NCBI GenBank assembly: GCA_031549085.1
Contig: JAVBQL010000001.1
Location: 119,486-183,485, forward strand
Reading direction: 5' to 3'
Length of the DNA: 64,000 bases
Source of the DNA: Spirochaetota bacterium
Lineage (GTDB): Bacteria > Spirochaetota > GWE2-31-10 > MWDO01
Shown: positions 60,471 through 64,000 of the stretch, one piece after another
Layout: every line of letters starts with the position of its first letter
Numbering within the stretch: the first letter of the stretch is position 1
Program-made: the position numbers and the translations under genes
Notes under the pieces: model-generated
Told to the model about the DNA's origin: nothing
The model's input: only the letters and a program-made list of their open reading frames with translations
Databases searched by the model: none

Positions 60471-60495
60471 CCCCCTCCTTTTCAAAAAGGAGGGA
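60471..60495. repeat. Family C short hairpin after a stop codon
   Basis: CCCCCTCCTTTTCAAAAAGGAGGG about 27 nt after the stop at 60444. Confidence 0.75.
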
Positions 60496-60660
60496 ATTAA
60501 AAAGAGGAAGATTTTATAATAAATTGCTATAGAAGTTTGACAGAATGTAAATGAGTTGATCTTTTTGTTATTTTTTGGCAAAGTAAAGAAAAAAATCTTT
60601 GCCTTTTGTATTCTGTCAAACCTCTTAAATAACAAAATAGATTTGTCTACTGGAGAGATA

Positions 60661-61020
60661 ATGTCTGCAAAGTTTTTTCTTATTTTTTCTATTATATTTA
60701 ATGTCTCTGCACAGCTCTCTATAAAGGCTGGGATTGGTAAGATTAAATCTATGGAGCTTTTAACAAGACTTGATAAGGCAATCTATCTTCTATTTAATCC
60801 ACTATTTATGCTTGGGCTTGTTTTTTATGGCTTTGGCTTTGCAACATACACCTATGTTCTTTCAAAGGTAGATTTAGGCGTTGCCTATCCAATTTCAAGC
60901 ATTGGCATACTAATTCTTATAACAATTCTCTCTATAATCTTTCTAAATGAGATAATAACAGTCTCAAAGATAGTGGGGATATCTCTCTGCATCATTGGAA
61001 TAATCTTTATTTTTAGATAA
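60661..61020 (+). CDS. SMR/EamA-family small membrane transporter (ArnE/F-like)
   Basis: AQLSIK, VLSKVDLGVAYP and FLNE.IT..KIVG; four TM segments; start set at ATG 60661. Confidence 0.88.
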   Translation: MSAKFFLIFSIIFNVSAQLSIKAGIGKIKSMELLTRLDKAIYLLFNPLFMLGLVFYGFGFATYTYVLSKVDLGVAYPISSIGILILITILSIIFLNEIITVSKIVGISLCIIGIIFIFR

Positions 61021-61360
61021 TCTCTCTTTAAACCTTAAGAAACACTCTTTTATCCTCCAAGTTATAACACAGTTCGTAATTTGTATTATAGTCAATTAAA
61101 GCATAAATATATTATTTTTTTATACATATAAATACTTTTTTTTAATTTACTATTATAAAAACATAATAACGAATATTATATAATGATAAAACAATATACT
61201 TATATATTTATAATAATGTTTACCAAATATCATTTAATAGATCACTATATAGTATAATTACAATAATATAGTATAAATTTATTGATATTTTTATATAATA
61301 ATATATATATTATTAACTTTTATTTTATATAAATATATATTATTTTTAGGAGGTTTTTAA

Positions 61361-64000
61361 ATGAAAATCAAAAGTTATCTTTTTTCTGTCTTTATGGGAC
61401 TACTCATATTTATGAGCGTCTCCTTTGGGTTTGTTGGGTGTGTTCCAATTGATGAACTAATAACAACTACAACAATCTCTAATGTGGTTAATCCAAATTT
61501 AATGGGAAGTTGGGATACAAGTGATGATCATCGTATTATCATAACAAATACTAACGTTAAAGTAATTACCAAGGTTACAGGGGCTGTGCAAATTTTTAAC
61601 ATTATCTCTGGTGATGGTGAAAAAATAGAGATAGCAGATGGAGGAGGCTTGCCACCAAATATAACTTGGTACTATACACTATCCAATAATAATAATGACT
61701 TAATTGTGACAGCAGATAGTGTTACTGCATTTAAAGCTACTAGAACTATCTCAAAAATTGAATCTTTTATATTGAAAACAAGCTTAAATAGCTGGATGAC
61801 TAATGGAAGCAATATTAATGGAGTAATCGATCAGACAACAAAAAAAATCAATATTGTAATATTTGATAATATTAATTTCGAAGCAGAAGATATCGTGGCA
61901 TCTATCTCATATAAGGGTGACTCTATAGATCCACCACTAACAACAAATACAAAAATTGGTGATACAGATCCTATTATTTTTAGTGGAGCTTCAAAAACAT
62001 TTACTATTGATGTTGATGGGGTTTTAACATCATACACAGTGAATATCTCTTTACATCCATCTGCTATTCCAACGACTACAACAACGACAACAATTAATGC
62101 TAGTCAAGTTAACCCAGATTTTTTTGGAAGCTGGGATACAACTGATGGTATCGATCGTATTATTATAACACCAACTGAAGTTAAGATCATAACAAAAGCT
62201 ACCAATTCCACAAGAACATTTACTATAATAGGCGGCTCTACAGCGACAGAGATAAAAACTTTAGATCCTAGTGGAGAGCATCCAAATCTAACTTTTGTAT
62301 GTACTTTAACCAATAGTAATAATAACCTGCATATAGTTGCTCATGACCTTTATGATAATAACGCCACAAGGGTCGTTGCAAAGATAACAGCTTTCTCATT
62401 TAAAAAAAGCTTAAACAGCTGGATCACAAGTGGAAGTGATATAATTGGAGATATAGATCAAACAAACAGAGAGATAACTCTTACTATATATAATGATATC
62501 AGTTTTAATACAATAGGCATTGTATCCTCTCTTACCTATACAGGTGACTCTATTGATCCATCACTAACTACATCAGCAAAGAGTGGAGAGACAAGCTCAC
62601 TTACCTTTACCGGAGCTACTAAAGATTTTACAATAAATATTGATGGGGTATATACAACATACAAAGTAAATATCAAAAAAGATATCTCCCCTATATGTGT
62701 CTCAACCACTGGGCTTGACACCAATGCTGGAGATGAATCTAATCCATTAAAAACTGTAACAAAAGCCTTAACAAAGGTTACAGGGGACAAAAATAGAATT
62801 CTTCTTGTTTCTGGAACTTATGAGGAATTAATTAATATATCAATTGTAAACCCTGTAATCATAAAGGGCGGATACAACTCATCATTTACAGTGCAAGATG
62901 TGAATAGCAAGAGTATTTTAAAAGCACCTTTAGCTGAAAACATAACTGTTAACCAAATAGGAAGAGTAACTGCAGCAGCAACATCAAATGTTACATTAGA
63001 TAATTTAAGTATAATGGGAGCAATAGCAACTGTAAGCGGAAATAAATATGCTTATGGTGTCTTTACTAAGGGAAATCTTACTTTAGATAAATGTGAAGTT
63101 ATGGCCTTATATGATCACACTCTAGTAAAAGAAACCTACACTATATGTGGAGCATCTGCCACCAAAACATTGACAATTTCAAATTCATCTATATATGGAG
63201 CTGGCAATGGAGTTAATACTGTTACAGTAACAAATGCCTATGGAATAAGAACAATGGGAGGAACAACTAATATATCTGGGTCAAACATATATGGAGCAAC
63301 AAAAGCTAATGTAGTTACAGCTATTGGTATATGGCACCATTCTGGAACACTTTCTATTTTTGGAGCTGTTAGTAATATATATGGTGCAGTAAATAGCTCT
63401 GCTGTTTCTGGCACAAACCTATTAACTACTGTTCCTGAAGGTTCTATAGGTATATTAAATGATGTAATAATCAATACAATAGCCAGTGCCAATATTTATG
63501 GAATATCGAGTTCTGCGAATGCTACGACTGTAAATGGAAATGCTATTGGTCTCTATAATAGAGGAACGCAAGTTACCTTTTCTAGCGGAAATATATATGG
63601 AACAAATACAACTCTATTAGGAAATGTATATGGTATATATAGTTACTCTGGCACAACAACAGTTACAGGTTCAAACTCTTATGTTTATGGAGCAAAGAGT
63701 GCATTTGTCTCTGGCCAAACCCACGGTGTCCGTGTAGAGAAAGGGTTATTTGAAGTTCTTAGTGGCGCAAAAGTCTATGGTGCAAGTGGAGCTACTGTGC
63801 AGGGAGTTTGTGGTATAAATATTAATAGTGGGTCTACTGCAATTACTAATGGGACTGTATATGGTGCCTCCACAACTACCGCAAAAGGATTTGTTTATGG
63901 TATACAAGATCAATATCAAAAGGGGACAATTAGTGTAAAATCAAGCTCTTCTATCTATGGTTCTTTTAGCTCTACCACCAGTGGAGTTGATGTTTATGGG
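61361..64000 (+). CDS. Large surface lipoprotein: duplicated beta modules, DUF1565-like motif and right-handed beta-helix repeats; truncated by the window edge
   Basis: Not in the ORF track. AGGAGG RBS, MKIKSYLFSVFMGLLIFMSVSFGFVGC lipobox, Thr-rich linkers, two GSWDT modules, VSTTGLDTNAGDESNPLKTV and many (I/V)YG repeats. Open for 880 codons. Confidence 0.9.
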   Translation, partial: MKIKSYLFSVFMGLLIFMSVSFGFVGCVPIDELITTTTISNVVNPNLMGSWDTSDDHRIIITNTNVKVITKVTGAVQIFNIISGDGEKIEIADGGGLPPNITWYYTLSNNNNDLIVTADSVTAFKATRTISKIESFILKTSLNSWMTNGSNINGVIDQTTKKINIVIFDNINFEAEDIVASISYKGDSIDPPLTTNTKIGDTDPIIFSGASKTFTIDVDGVLTSYTVNISLHPSAIPTTTTTTTINASQVNPDFFGSWDTTDGIDRIIITPTEVKIITKATNSTRTFTIIGGSTATEIKTLDPSGEHPNLTFVCTLTNSNNNLHIVAHDLYDNNATRVVAKITAFSFKKSLNSWITSGSDIIGDIDQTNREITLTIYNDISFNTIGIVSSLTYTGDSIDPSLTTSAKSGETSSLTFTGATKDFTINIDGVYTTYKVNIKKDISPICVSTTGLDTNAGDESNPLKTVTKALTKVTGDKNRILLVSGTYEELINISIVNPVIIKGGYNSSFTVQDVNSKSILKAPLAENITVNQIGRVTAAATSNVTLDNLSIMGAIATVSGNKYAYGVFTKGNLTLDKCEVMALYDHTLVKETYTICGASATKTLTISNSSIYGAGNGVNTVTVTNAYGIRTMGGTTNISGSNIYGATKANVVTAIGIWHHSGTLSIFGAVSNIYGAVNSSAVSGTNLLTTVPEGSIGILNDVIINTIASANIYGISSSANATTVNGNAIGLYNRGTQVTFSSGNIYGTNTTLLGNVYGIYSYSGTTTVTGSNSYVYGAKSAFVSGQTHGVRVEKGLFEVLSGAKVYGASGATVQGVCGININSGSTAITNGTVYGASTTTAKGFVYGIQDQYQKGTISVKSSSSIYGSFSSTTSGVDVYG

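Noticed and set aside
61030-61350. Extremely AT-rich tract as a replication origin
   Set aside because: No clustered DnaA boxes and no dnaA or par genes nearby. It is more simply a promoter region.
61831-63492. Short minus-strand ORFs near the window end
   Set aside because: They are antisense to the open 880-codon plus-strand lipoprotein frame.

Overview
AT-rich bacterial chromosomal window, probably from an anaerobic spirochaete. That is an inference from the TatT-type TRAP system, WG-repeat proteins, many lipoproteins and a sensory-type [FeFe]-hydrogenase. It holds about 44 genes. Two are missing from the ORF track because they run off the window ends: a WG-repeat protein (1-1000, minus) and a large beta-helix lipoprotein (61361-64000, plus). 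Housekeeping genes include folE, queDEC, crcB, aroK, rlpA, hom, ftsK, recC/recB, MATE, ABC ATPases and an acyl-CoA synthetase. Main highlights: (1) a 935-aa in-frame fusion of a GatA-like amidase, lacking the catalytic Lys and nucleophilic Ser, to an intact short-type (probably non-discriminating) AspRS; (2) six copies of a roughly 300-bp foldback element whose two arms are swapped or mosaic between copies while the loop and outer flanks stay co-oriented; (3) two smaller hairpin families that occur together in a fixed order and orientation; (4) a SWIM-HEAT-AAA(YehL/MoxR)-DUF5682-VWA operon bracketed by two directly oriented foldback copies; (5) a TatT/TRAP transporter whose DctM carries a tandem soluble C-terminal extension; (6) three tandem polymorphic membrane-protein paralogues; (7) an [FeFe]-hydrogenase-MCP fusion. 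I found no tRNA, rRNA, CRISPR array, transposase or integrase. Repeat boundaries were read by eye and are approximate. No database searches were run.
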